The notes beneath the pieces are model-generated. The model was not told the origin of the DNA. It did not search any database and saw nothing but the letters and a program-made list of their open reading frames with translations. 22,942 nt of DNA. Source: Octopus sinensis (taxonomy: Eukaryota). This document shows positions 11,386-20,702 of the stretch, one piece after another. Location of the stretch: NCBI RefSeq assembly GCF_006345805.1, contig NW_021824260.1, positions 1-22,942 on the forward strand, given 5' to 3'. The translations under genes were made by a program, and so were the position numbers. The number at the start of each line of letters is the position of its first letter. Position 1 is the stretch's first letter.

Positions 11386-11700
11386 CCAGTCAAGGCGGCG
11401 CTGGCATCGGCCACGTTCGGATGGTGCTTTTATGTGCCGCCCGCACAGGTATCGTAACTTCAATTTCCATTTGATATTTATTTCGATCTTGATGTACTTG
11501 ACTCAATAGGTCTCCTCAAGCACAGCAGGTCACCCTATGATCCAAGGTAAGCACAGCAGGTCGTTCTGTAATCCAAGGTACTTTGGATGGGCTGGGGCTA
11601 TGCGAAAGTGGTGCAGGAAGCAGCCCGGGTATTTGCAGTCACAGCATATCTCCAGAGATCTCGGTCTTTTATCATTGCCTCTGTGAGGCCCAACGTTCAA
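11386..11700 (-). mobile_element. RTE-derived element fragment including the ORF C-terminus
   Basis: Minus strand 11695-11626 translates TLGLTEAMIKDRDLWRYAVTANTR (RTE-type DR..WR motif). 11386-11450 matches the cggatggtgctttt.tgtgcc module of the 20.7-22.3 kb repeats. There is an internal ~31-nt duplication at 11519-11580. Confidence 0.55.
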
Positions 11701-11704
11701 AAAG

Positions 11705-11769
11705 TATAAAATGAATGATAAATATAATATAATAATACTTATTATATTATATTTATCATTCATTTTATA
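11705..11769. repeat. Perfect 31-bp AT-rich inverted repeat with 3-nt spacer
   Basis: TATAAAATGAATGATAAATATAATATAATAA-TAC-TTATTATATTATATTTATCATTCATTTTATA; the arms were checked base by base. Confidence 0.95.
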
Positions 11770-11798
11770 TTTTTTGAAAAAAAAAATATATATATATA

Positions 11799-12210
11799 GG
11801 CGCAGGAGTGGCTGTGTGGTAAGTAGCTTGCTTACTAACCACATGGTTCCGGGTTCAGTCCCACTGCATGGCACCTTGGGCAAGTGTCTTCTACTATAGC
11901 CTCGGGCCGACCAAAGCCTTGTGAGTGGAATTGGTAGATGGAAACTGAAAGAAGCCCGTCCGTATATATGTATAAATATATATGCGGTGGTGTTTTGTGT
12001 GTCCGTGTTTTGTCCCCCTAGCATTGCTGACAACCAATACCGGTTGTGTTTACGTCCCCGTCACTTCGCGTTTGGGCGAGAGACCGATAGAATAAGTACT
12101 GGGCTTACAAAGAATAAGTCCCGGGGTCGATTTGCTCGACTAAAGGTGGTGCTCCAGCATGGCCGCAGTCAATGACTGAAACAAGTAAAAGAGTAAAAGA
12201 GTAAAGAGTA
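11799..12210 (+). mobile_element. Full-length tRNA-derived CORE-type SINE (octopus OR-like)
   Basis: A box TGGCTGTGTGG, B box GGTTCAGTCCC, MIR-CORE-like CACCTTGGGCAAGTGTCTT, internal TA/TG tract and (GTAAAAGA)n tail. A second full copy lies at 14761-15156. The family name is from recollection. Confidence 0.85.
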
Positions 12211-12424
12211 TATATATATAATACATTATATTAATTATATATATATATTGGTTATTTATGTATTGGTTTATGTCTATCACTGTTTGAGTTGCATAATAGT
12301 GGTTTTATCTCTAATTCATATTTTATATTTTATATATTTATACTGTGAAATTTGATTTAATACTAAATTGAATTTTTCCCTGTAAGTTTGGAGTTATACG
12401 CCCTAATATTATATATATATATAT

Positions 12425-12570
12425 ATGGTTAGGGAGTTTGCTTTCTAGCTATATAGTTTCGGGTTCAGTCCCACTGCGTGGCACTTCGGGTAGGTGTTTT
12501 CCACTATAGCCCCGAGCTGACCGGAGCTTTGTGATTGAATTCGGTAGGTGGAAGTTACTGCCGTGTGTGT
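12425..12570 (+). mobile_element. Degenerate partial CORE-type SINE
   Basis: GGGTTCAGTCCCACTGCGTGGCAC..CTATAGCCCCGAGCTGACC aligns with the head of the 11799 copy. Confidence 0.75.
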
Positions 12571-12613
12571 ACATGTACGTGTAGGTGCTTGTGCCTCTCC
12601 CAAAGAGAGAGAG

Positions 12614-12652
<39 letters not shown>

Positions 12653-12737
12653 TATACACACAACACACACAACATACACACACATATATAATATATATAT
12701 ACGTGTGTGTGTGTATATACATCACTAGCCACAACAC

Positions 12738-12905
12738 ATTCATTTTTTTCTCTCCTTGTTTCTTTCTGTGTCCCTTTCTGTAGAAGAGCATAGGCTTGAA
12801 CGTTAAAGACTTTTTCAATTCTCGAGTGTTATACTAATACATCTGTTTGTTGTCTACACCACCTGTCTTCGTCTGTTGTTTTTTTTTTGTGAATTCTCTC
12901 CTATT
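12738..12905 (+). mobile_element. Pyrimidine-rich short repeat with degenerate hammerhead-like motif
   Basis: Architecture matches 10060-10267, and it lies between TA/CA tracts. Confidence 0.55.
12774..12808 (+). ncRNA. Degenerate minimal hammerhead-like motif
   Basis: CTTT-CTGTAGA-A-GAGC-ATAG-GCTT-GA-ACGT-T-AAAG. Stem I CTTT/AAAG covaries with GTTT/AAAC at 10136. The core has A6>T and lacks one A of GAAA, so it is probably inactive. Confidence 0.55.
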
Positions 12906-12961
12906 TATATATATATACTTATATATACACATATACACACACATACATATACATATATATT

Positions 12962-13018
<57 letters not shown>

Positions 13019-13221
13019 ATATATATATATGTATATATATATATATACACACATATATATATATATAATATATATCACACACATATATTATATACATGTA
13101 TATACATAGATAATAATTTTAAATTTAGGTATACAATAGTAGTATGCCATTTAAAGCTTGGACACTGTATTTGACTAACAAGAGAAACAGGGACTAAAGA
13201 AGAAGGTACCTTTTTGACAAG

Positions 13222-13325
13222 TCACCTGATGAGACAAATTTGCTTCAAATGATGTACTACAACTATTTATAAAGCATTTCATACATGAGGCGTCAATGCA
13301 GAGTGGATTGAAACAATCGTAGTGA
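13222..13325 (+). ncRNA. Candidate hammerhead-like motif with long insertion in stem II
   Basis: TCAC-CTGATGA...77 nt (includes GCTTCA/TGAGGC)...GAA-ACAATCGT-A-GTGA. The core is canonical, stem I is 4 bp, stem III is near-palindromic and the triplet is GUA, but stem II does not close cleanly. Confidence 0.35.
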
Positions 13326-13431
13326 GAAAGAAAGAATTGATGGACCGCAGTTAAATTCCAGGTTCGGTGATTATGCGAATAAGGGGTTCAACGTTGGTCA
13401 TATGTCAGTGTGTGTATATAAAAATCATTTC

Positions 13432-13579
13432 GTAATGAGATAAAAAAAACCAAGGCTGTGTAGAATTTAGAACATTTATAGACAGAAGGTCTTACGGCTG
13501 TTTCCAGGAGACTTATTATATCCCTTCATTGGAAACGGTGTGAGAAGATGGGGAAGAAATAGTTAATTTAGATAAGATA
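13432..13579 (-). mobile_element. Short dispersed repeat carrying a decayed hammerhead-like motif, copy 2 of the 373-517 family
   Basis: Colinear with 373-517. The motif at 13489-13536 reads GTTT-CCAATGA-A-GGGA..TCCT-G-GAA-ACAGCCGT-A-AGAC on the minus strand. Confidence 0.65.
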
Positions 13580-13670
13580 TGAAAGGAGTTCCCAGAAAAA
13601 CCAAAGCACTTGAAAACAAACCACGCAGGCAAAAGGGAAAAAATGACGAAAATCATTCTATATTAGGTTA

Positions 13671-13763
13671 CCCACGGACGTACATTTCGGAATTAAGTCA
13701 GTATAAAGCATAAATAATAAATAATTATACCTTACCCGACTATTTTCGTTTCCTCAGCGTAGG
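13671..13763 (-). ncRNA. Type-I hammerhead ribozyme-like motif with canonical core
   Basis: Minus strand reads CCTACG-CTGAGGA-(long imperfect stem II)-GAA-ATGTACGT-C-CGTGGG. Stem I is 6 bp with one G-U pair, stem III is near-palindromic, and the GUC site predicts cleavage between 13677 and 13676. Confidence 0.7.
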
Positions 13764-14760
13764 ATTCCTCAATTATAAATAATTGTATATTAAATTTGAA
13801 GGCACTGGAAAATATCTTTTCACCTAACGGTATCAGAGAGATCATATTCCGTGCTAGTGCCACCAAATTAAAAAAAAATGAATGAGAGTAAGTCATAGGA
13901 TGATTAATCTTGAGATTGCTCCAATCTGGCAAGACCCAATGAAAAACTAAGCTAAGAGCATTAGATTCCTCTGAAAAAGGATCAAATGTGTACGAAACAA
14001 GGACAGAAAAACGGACGTTGTTACACAAATATAAATACAAAAAATCAAAAAATACGAATATAAATGCAAAACAACTAATAATAATAATAGGACACAACAA
14101 CAGACGTCTTTCGACCAGAAACGAATTGAACTCATATATATATATATATATATATGAGTTTGGAGGGATATATTATCCAAGCAGATACCATGTTAAGTTC
14201 CAGTTAATGGCAAACCACAACGATAAGTATCCAATGTCTGTGTTTACAGTTATTTATTAGTCACTCCGTGAATTCTTCCAATGGGTAATTCCATGTACTC
14301 TTCACTGGACAATAAAAACTGCCTGGTGTATATATTAATATTAATAATAATAAAGAGTATAGAGACTAATACATCCTTGAAATTTATTTTATAGTTCTGT
14401 ATAGCATCTTACATAAATATCAAACAATGAGGATAAGGACATATATATTTGTGGATTAAGGCTACCATTGGTTTCATGTAAGTTAGACATTAACACTTAT
14501 CAAATCTATCTCATGGAAACAACAGTGTTCATCTCCATTTTGGATTATAAAATGAAGTCGCAGAAAGTCACAATGAGATCACACAAGAATTTCAGTAAAC
14601 AAAATATATATATAATATGTTATATATGTATGAGTGTATATATGTATGTAATTATGACTGTACATATATGCGTGTGTATATGTATGTGTGTGTGTATGTA
14701 TATATATATATATAAATATGTGTGTGTGTGTGTAAAACGTATGTATGAGCATAAATATAT

Positions 14761-15156
14761 ACTCTTTTACTTGTTTCAATCATTTGACTGCGGCCATGCT
14801 GGAGCACCGCCTTTAATCGAGCAACTCGAACCCGGGACTTATTCTTTTGTAAGCCCAGTACTTATTCTATCGGTCTCTTTTGCCGAACCGCTAAGTAACG
14901 GGGACATAAACACACCAGCATCGGTTGTCAAGCAATGCTAGGGGGACAAACACAGATACACAAATACACACACGCATATATATACATATATACGACAGGC
15001 TTCTTTTCAGTTTCCGTCTACCAAATCCACTCACAAGGCATTGGTCGGCCAGAGGCTATAGTTGAAGACACTTGCCCAAGGTGCCATGCAGTGGGACTGA
15101 ACCCAGAACCATGTGGTTGATTAGCAAGCTACTTACCACACAGCCACTCCTGCACC
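14761..15156 (-). mobile_element. Full-length tRNA-derived CORE-type SINE
   Basis: Reverse complement of 11799-12210 from tail to head. Confidence 0.88.
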
Positions 15157-15345
15157 ATATATATACATATTAATGTTTGTTTTACATTAACCTCAAGGAT
15201 TACTCAATATTTTTATATTCTACATATTTATTATTCTTAAAAAGAATGATTTTGACAGCCATCATTGCCCAGCCTGATGATGTCCAAGCAGACTGAAACC
15301 TTAAAGACACTGCCAGTACTATCCCCTTCAAAGAATGATAAAGAA

Positions 15346-15400
<55 letters not shown>

Positions 15401-15420
15401 TACATATGTATACATAGTCC

Positions 15421-15471
15421 AACCAATGTTAGCATGGAAAGCAGACGTTAAACGATGATGATGATGATGAT
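15421..15471 (+). mobile_element. Isolated 3' end of the RTE-derived repeat with (GAT)n tail
   Basis: aaccaatgttagcatggaaagcagacgttaaacgatgatgat matches the 3' ends near 21000, 21640 and 22270. Confidence 0.75.
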
Positions 15472-15473
15472 GT

Positions 15474-15542
15474 GCATGTATATATATATATATATATTTG
15501 TTTTGTCCCCTCTATGTTTAGCCCCTTGTGGGTAGTAAAAGA

Positions 15543-15577
<35 letters not shown>

Positions 15578-15625
15578 AATATATACATATATATATATAC
15601 ACATACATACATATACCATTATATA

Positions 15626-15660
<35 letters not shown>

Positions 15661-15757
15661 CATACATATATACATACATATACAATACATATATACATAT
15701 ATCCATACATATATATTATATATATCATACATACATATATATACATACATACACATA

Positions 15758-15793
<36 letters not shown>

Positions 15794-15802
15794 CATACAT
15801 AC

Positions 15803-15835
<33 letters not shown>

Positions 15836-16040
15836 TATATATATATATACACACTCACATAGAGTTGAAAGAGTAGCCTGTTAGTCTGTTAGTCTAGCAC
15901 ATCCCCTGGCATGCTGTTCATTCAACAGACAGAAAGATCACTAGATATGTGTATACACACACACACACACCCAGACACACTGAAACGCCTACACACCCAC
16001 ACACACATATATATATATACACACACGAATACATACATGC
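15474..16040. repeat. (TA)n/(CATA)n/(CA)n compound microsatellite region
   Basis: Direct reading of the sequence. Confidence 0.85.
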
Positions 16041-16519
16041 ATAAATAATTTGTTTCTTTTTGCTCTCCACAACATACACCTCCACATAAATGACCACTAC
16101 TACCACCACCTCCACCTCCACCACAACCACCACCACTGCCTCTAGTATCAGATCAAGCCCTGGCTCTGCCCCTGCCCACCACCCATGGCCCAAACAAACA
16201 CACCCACACCCCCCACCCACACACACACACATACACACACACGTGTGCACATTCTGCTTCCTCCCACACACATTTTTCTTCTCTCCCTCCCACAACCTTT
16301 AACACTCCCCTCAATCCTTATTCCCTCCTTCCAGCCCCCTGTGTGTTTAGAACCTAGCTTTTTGTCTGCCAAGGGGGTCCATTGCTTCCTCCTCTCTGTC
16401 GCTCTTTCTCTCGTTCTCTCTCCTCCCTAACTCTCCCTTTCTCTGTTCTATATGAAGAGGGACTGAAGCAGCGTGACAAGCAGGGAGGGCCAAAATGAAA
16501 GAGAAAGTAGAAGAATAGA

Positions 16520-17755
16520 GTGATAGGTGGAGGTAGTGGTGGTGCAGGTGAGGGTGGTGATGGACTTGATGGTGGTGGCGGTGGCTGTAATGATGTTGAT
16601 GGCTGTAATGATGATGGTGGTGGTGATGATGGGGCAAGTAGAAGTTGTAATAATGGTGGTGGTTGTGATGGTGAGGGAGGTAGTGGTGCCGGTGGTGGTG
16701 GTAGTAATAGTAGTAATTGTTGGCAGTGGTGGTGGTGGTGGTGGTGGTGGTATAGGTGGTGGTTTTGGTGGTGGTATAGGTGGTGGTTGTGGTGGTGGTA
16801 TAGGTGGTGGTTGTGGTGGTGGTATAGGTGGTGGTTGTGGTGGTGGTATAGGTGGTGGTGGTGGTGGTGGTATAGGTGGTGGTGGTGGTGGTGGTGGTGG
16901 TATAGGTGGTGGTTGTGGTGGTTGTGGTGGTGGTATAGGTGGTGGTTGTGGTGGTGGTGGTGGTTGTGGTGGTGGTGTGTTGGGTGTGGTGGGTGGTTGT
17001 GGTGGTGGTATAGGTGGTGGTTGTCGTGGTGGTGGTGGTGGTGGTAATAGTAGTAATTGTTGGCAGTGGTGGTGGTGGTGGTGGTATAGGTGGTGGTTGT
17101 GTTGGTGGTATAGGTGGTGGTTGTGGTGGTATAGGTGGTGGTTGCGGTGGTGGTATAGGTGGTGGTTGTGGTGGTGGTGGTGGTGGTAATAGTAGTAATT
17201 GTTGGCAGTGGTGGTGGTGGTGGTGGTATAGGTGGTGGTTGTGTTGGTGGTATAGGTGGTGGTTGCGGTGGTTGTGGTGGTGGTTGTGGTGGTGGTATAG
17301 GTGGTGGTTGTGGTGGTGGTGGTGGTAATAGTAGTAATTGTTGGCAGTGGTGGTGGTGGTGGTGGTGGTATAGGTGGTGGTTGTGGTGGTGGTATAGGTG
17401 GTGGTTGTGGTGGTGGTGGTGGTTGTGTGTGGTATAGGTGGTGTTGTGGTGATGGTACAGGTTGGTTGTGGTGTGGTGGTGGTGGTAATAGTAGTAATTG
17501 TTGGCAGTGGTGGTGGTGGTGGTGGTATAGGTGGTGGTTGTGGTGGTGGTATAGGTGGTGGTTGTGGTGGTGGTATAGGTGGTGGTTGTGGTGGTGGTAG
17601 TGGTTGTGGTGGTGGTATAGGTGGTGGTTGTGGTGGTGGTACAGGTGGTGGTTGTGGTGGTGGTGGTGGTGGTAATAGTAGTAATTGTTGGCAGTGGTGG
17701 TGGTGGTGGTGGTTGTGGTGGTGGTATAGGTGGTGGTTGTGGCGGTGGTGCTACA
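16520..17755. repeat. GGT-rich higher-order minisatellite (6 anchored macro-units)
   Basis: Anchor GTAATAGTAGTAATTGTTGGCAG at 16704, 17044, 17186, 17325, 17485 and 17672, separated by variable numbers of GGTGGTATAGGTGGTGGTTGT subunits. Confidence 0.92.
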
Positions 17756-17873
17756 TAAGAAGAGGAAAGAGAGGGAGTAGGAGGAGAAGGAAAGAAGATA
17801 GATTTCTTTAAATGGTTTGGGAGGTTGGGAGTGGACAGGGAAAACAAGGTATAATGACTTTCTGCTGATTTCA

Positions 17874-17876
<3 letters not shown>

Positions 17877-17927
<51 letters not shown>

Positions 17928-18051
17928 ATGTCTCAGCATATGTGCAAGTATGTTTTTGCACATATTCTGTGTGTGTCTGCATGTGTTTCTGTTAGTGTTT
18001 ATTTATTTTTAGATTGTGTCTATAGTGATATATATATATATACATATATAT

Positions 18052-18116
<65 letters not shown>

Positions 18117-18212
18117 TATACATATATATGTATAATACACCTATGTATATATATATACCACATATGTATAATATACATGCATATATATATATATATATAT
18201 ATAGATATAGAT

Positions 18213-18257
<45 letters not shown>

Positions 18258-18594
18258 CCATATTATATACATTATATATATATGTGTATATCTCTCTCTC
18301 TCTATATATATAATATATACATGAGTATATACATATGTATAACTCTCTCTCTCTCTATATATATGATATATAAAATATAAATATGTACATGTACATATAT
18401 ATACATGTGTATATATATGTGTATATATATATATTATATATATATCACATATACATATATATATGTACATGTACATATATATATATACATGTGTGTGTAA
18501 TATATATAATATATATATATATATATATGCATGTATGTTGTGTCTGCATGTGTTTCTCTCTGTGTGTGTGCATGTATATATATAAACAACACAC

Positions 18595-18645
<51 letters not shown>

Positions 18646-19040
18646 CATACACATATAATATATATTTGTACATACATATGTATACATACGTTTATATATA
18701 TACACATATATGTATATATACATTTTTATATATAGAGAGAGATAGGCAGATAGATACAAATGTATTTGTATAAATATATATAGATACATATACACACACA
18801 CACACACATATATATATATACATATGCATGTGTATATATATATGTGTTTGTATTATATATATATATATAATATATATAATATATATATATATATATACAC
18901 ATATGTATGTATACATGTGTGTATACACACATGTATGTACATATGCATATACATACAAAAATTAATACGTACAGACACGTATATGAATACATATATACAT
19001 ACATATATACACAAAAATACATATATATATGTATGTTTGT
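17877..19040. repeat. (TG)n followed by a long (TA)n/(GA)n/(CA)n compound microsatellite region
   Basis: Direct reading of the sequence. Confidence 0.9.
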
Positions 19041-19351
19041 GTATATGTATGTGTGCATATGCAGGTCTATCTACTGCAATGAAAATGCATGAAGAAATGT
19101 TTGCACATGCATGTGCATCTGTGTGCACGCGTATATGCATATATGTCTATATATATATATATATGTCTGTATATATGTGTATGTCTATATATGTGTTTGT
19201 ATTGTTTATGTGTTGTGTGTCAGTGTTTGAGGACAAACATGCATCTGTGTGTGTGTGTGTGTGTCTATTTGCACATGTGTGCGTGCATGACAGTTGCACC
19301 TACTGCATACTCTTATTGCTCAATGCATGCCAGCATGCTGGCTTGCTAGTT

Positions 19352-19365
19352 GTTGCCATGGCGAC
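19352..19365. promoter_or_regulatory. RFX-binding X-box motif
   Basis: GTTGCCATGGCGAC, one mismatch from the palindromic consensus GTTGCCATGGCAAC, in a short non-repetitive island. Function is untested. Confidence 0.4.
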
Positions 19366-19404
19366 TTGCGAGGTCACGCAACTCAATAACATCTCAAACA
19401 CCGC

Positions 19405-19465
19405 AACCGTCACAACCATCGTGATGGCGATTGTCATCGTCATGGCGATCATCATCGTGATCACC

Positions 19466-19552
<87 letters not shown>

Positions 19553-19795
19553 TCATCACCACCACCAAAACCACCACCACCACCACCGCCACCACTACCA
19601 CCACCATCATCATCATCGTCATCATCATCATCCACTTTCTAATCATAATCTTCATCATCATCATCATAATCATCACCACAATCATTGACATAATTATCAC
19701 CATCATTACTGACATCAACCTCATTAGCATCATCATGAACACAACCATCATCATCATCTTTATCATCATCATCATCATCATCATCATCTTTATCG

Positions 19796-19831
<36 letters not shown>

Positions 19832-19944
19832 CCATCTTTATCATCATCATCATCATCATCATCTTTATCATCATCATCATCATCATCATCATCATCTTTA
19901 TCATCATCATCATCATCATCTTCTTTATCATCATCATCATCTTT

Positions 19945-19977
<33 letters not shown>

Positions 19978-19980
19978 TTT

Positions 19981-20039
<59 letters not shown>

Positions 20040-20125
20040 TATTATCTTCATCACAATCATTATCATTGTCATTCTCCTCATCCTCGTCATCATTATCATC
20101 TTCACTGGCATCACATCATTATTAT
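19405..20125. repeat. (CAT)n microsatellite with degenerate flanks and periodic CTTTAT interruptions
   Basis: Direct reading; the poly-M/I/D ORFs are artefacts. Confidence 0.95.
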
Positions 20126-20180
20126 GAATATTATTGCTGTTATTATTAAGCTGGTAGAAAAACATAAACACGTAGGAGGA

Positions 20181-20282
20181 AAATGCTTTGCAATTATTCT
20201 GCCAACCATTCATGTTCTGAGTTCAAATCCCGGCAAAGTTAACTCTGCCATTCATCCTTCAAGGGGTCAATAAAATAAGTAC
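20181..20282 (+). mobile_element. Degenerate fragment of the SINE family at 22494-22717
   Basis: GTTCTGAGTTCAAATCCC...TTCATCCTTCAAGGGGTCAATAAAATAAGTAC aligns with 22561-22630. Confidence 0.7.
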
Positions 20283-20337
20283 AAATCAGGTAAACTGTTT
20301 GATATAATCATGTAACACCACTACACCATATGCCTGT

Positions 20338-20411
20338 GGGCATATGGCATACTGGTTAAGAGCGCGGGCTACTAATCCAAAGATTCCAAGATCAATTCTG
20401 AGCAGTGACCT

Positions 20412-20442
<31 letters not shown>

Positions 20443-20623
20443 AATAATAATAATAATAATAATAACATCGAAAAATACCTTAGGAATCAGAATCCAGGTT
20501 CAAAATTTCCCCAAGACACCTGAACAGACCTGGTGGGTGTATCAGCCGAAAAGTTGTGTTAACAACAAACAAGACGAGGACAAATATCCGTCGAATGTAA
20601 ATAATGTAAATAATGTATGTAAC
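20338..20623 (+). mobile_element. tRNA-headed SINE-like element with internal (AAC)n(AAT)n tract and decayed hammerhead-like motif
   Basis: The head 20338-20411 has an A-box-like TGGCATACTGGTTAAG and a B-box-like GATCAATTC. The motif at 20516-20559 reads ACAC-CTGAACA-GACCTG..CAGCC-GAAA-AGTT-GTGT. The tail is (AAATAATGT)-like. Confidence 0.55.
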
Positions 20624-20702
20624 ACCCACTCTCCATAAATTTCTGTCCGAATACCTTTGCTAAAAACAACTAGTATTATTATTATTATCGATCAACATCA
20701 AT

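Noticed and set aside
11530-12033. 167-aa minus-strand ORF
   Set aside because: It is a chimera of SINE antisense, the palindrome and an off-frame RTE fragment.
14100-14118. Minus-strand GAA-AGACGTCT palindrome resembling hammerhead stem III
   Set aside because: It is followed by G (not H) and has no upstream CTGANGA; at most a truncated relic.
14394-14483. Consensus donor GTAAGT at 14478 with upstream AG acceptors
   Set aside because: All three frames of the putative exon contain stops.
15270-15325. CTGATGA-TGTC..GACT-GAAAC
   Set aside because: The core is present, but no NUH plus stem I complement or palindromic stem III follows. The region could alternatively be a minus-strand exon after a pyrimidine tract, but this is unsupported.
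16400-16530. Polypyrimidine tract plus AG at ~16457 suggesting an exon (EGLKQRDKQGGPK*)
   Set aside because: The pyrimidine tract is a CT microsatellite, and the frame is short and stops early.
19080-19335. Four TGCATG (RBFOX-type) motifs
   Set aside because: They are readily produced by decay of TG/CA/TA repeats, and no exon nearby is supported.
19300-20213. Poly-Met/Ile/Asp ORFs
   Set aside because: They are translations of (CAT)n.
20338-20411. Possible genuine tRNA gene
   Set aside because: The acceptor and T stems do not pair properly and the B box is degenerate; it is a SINE head.
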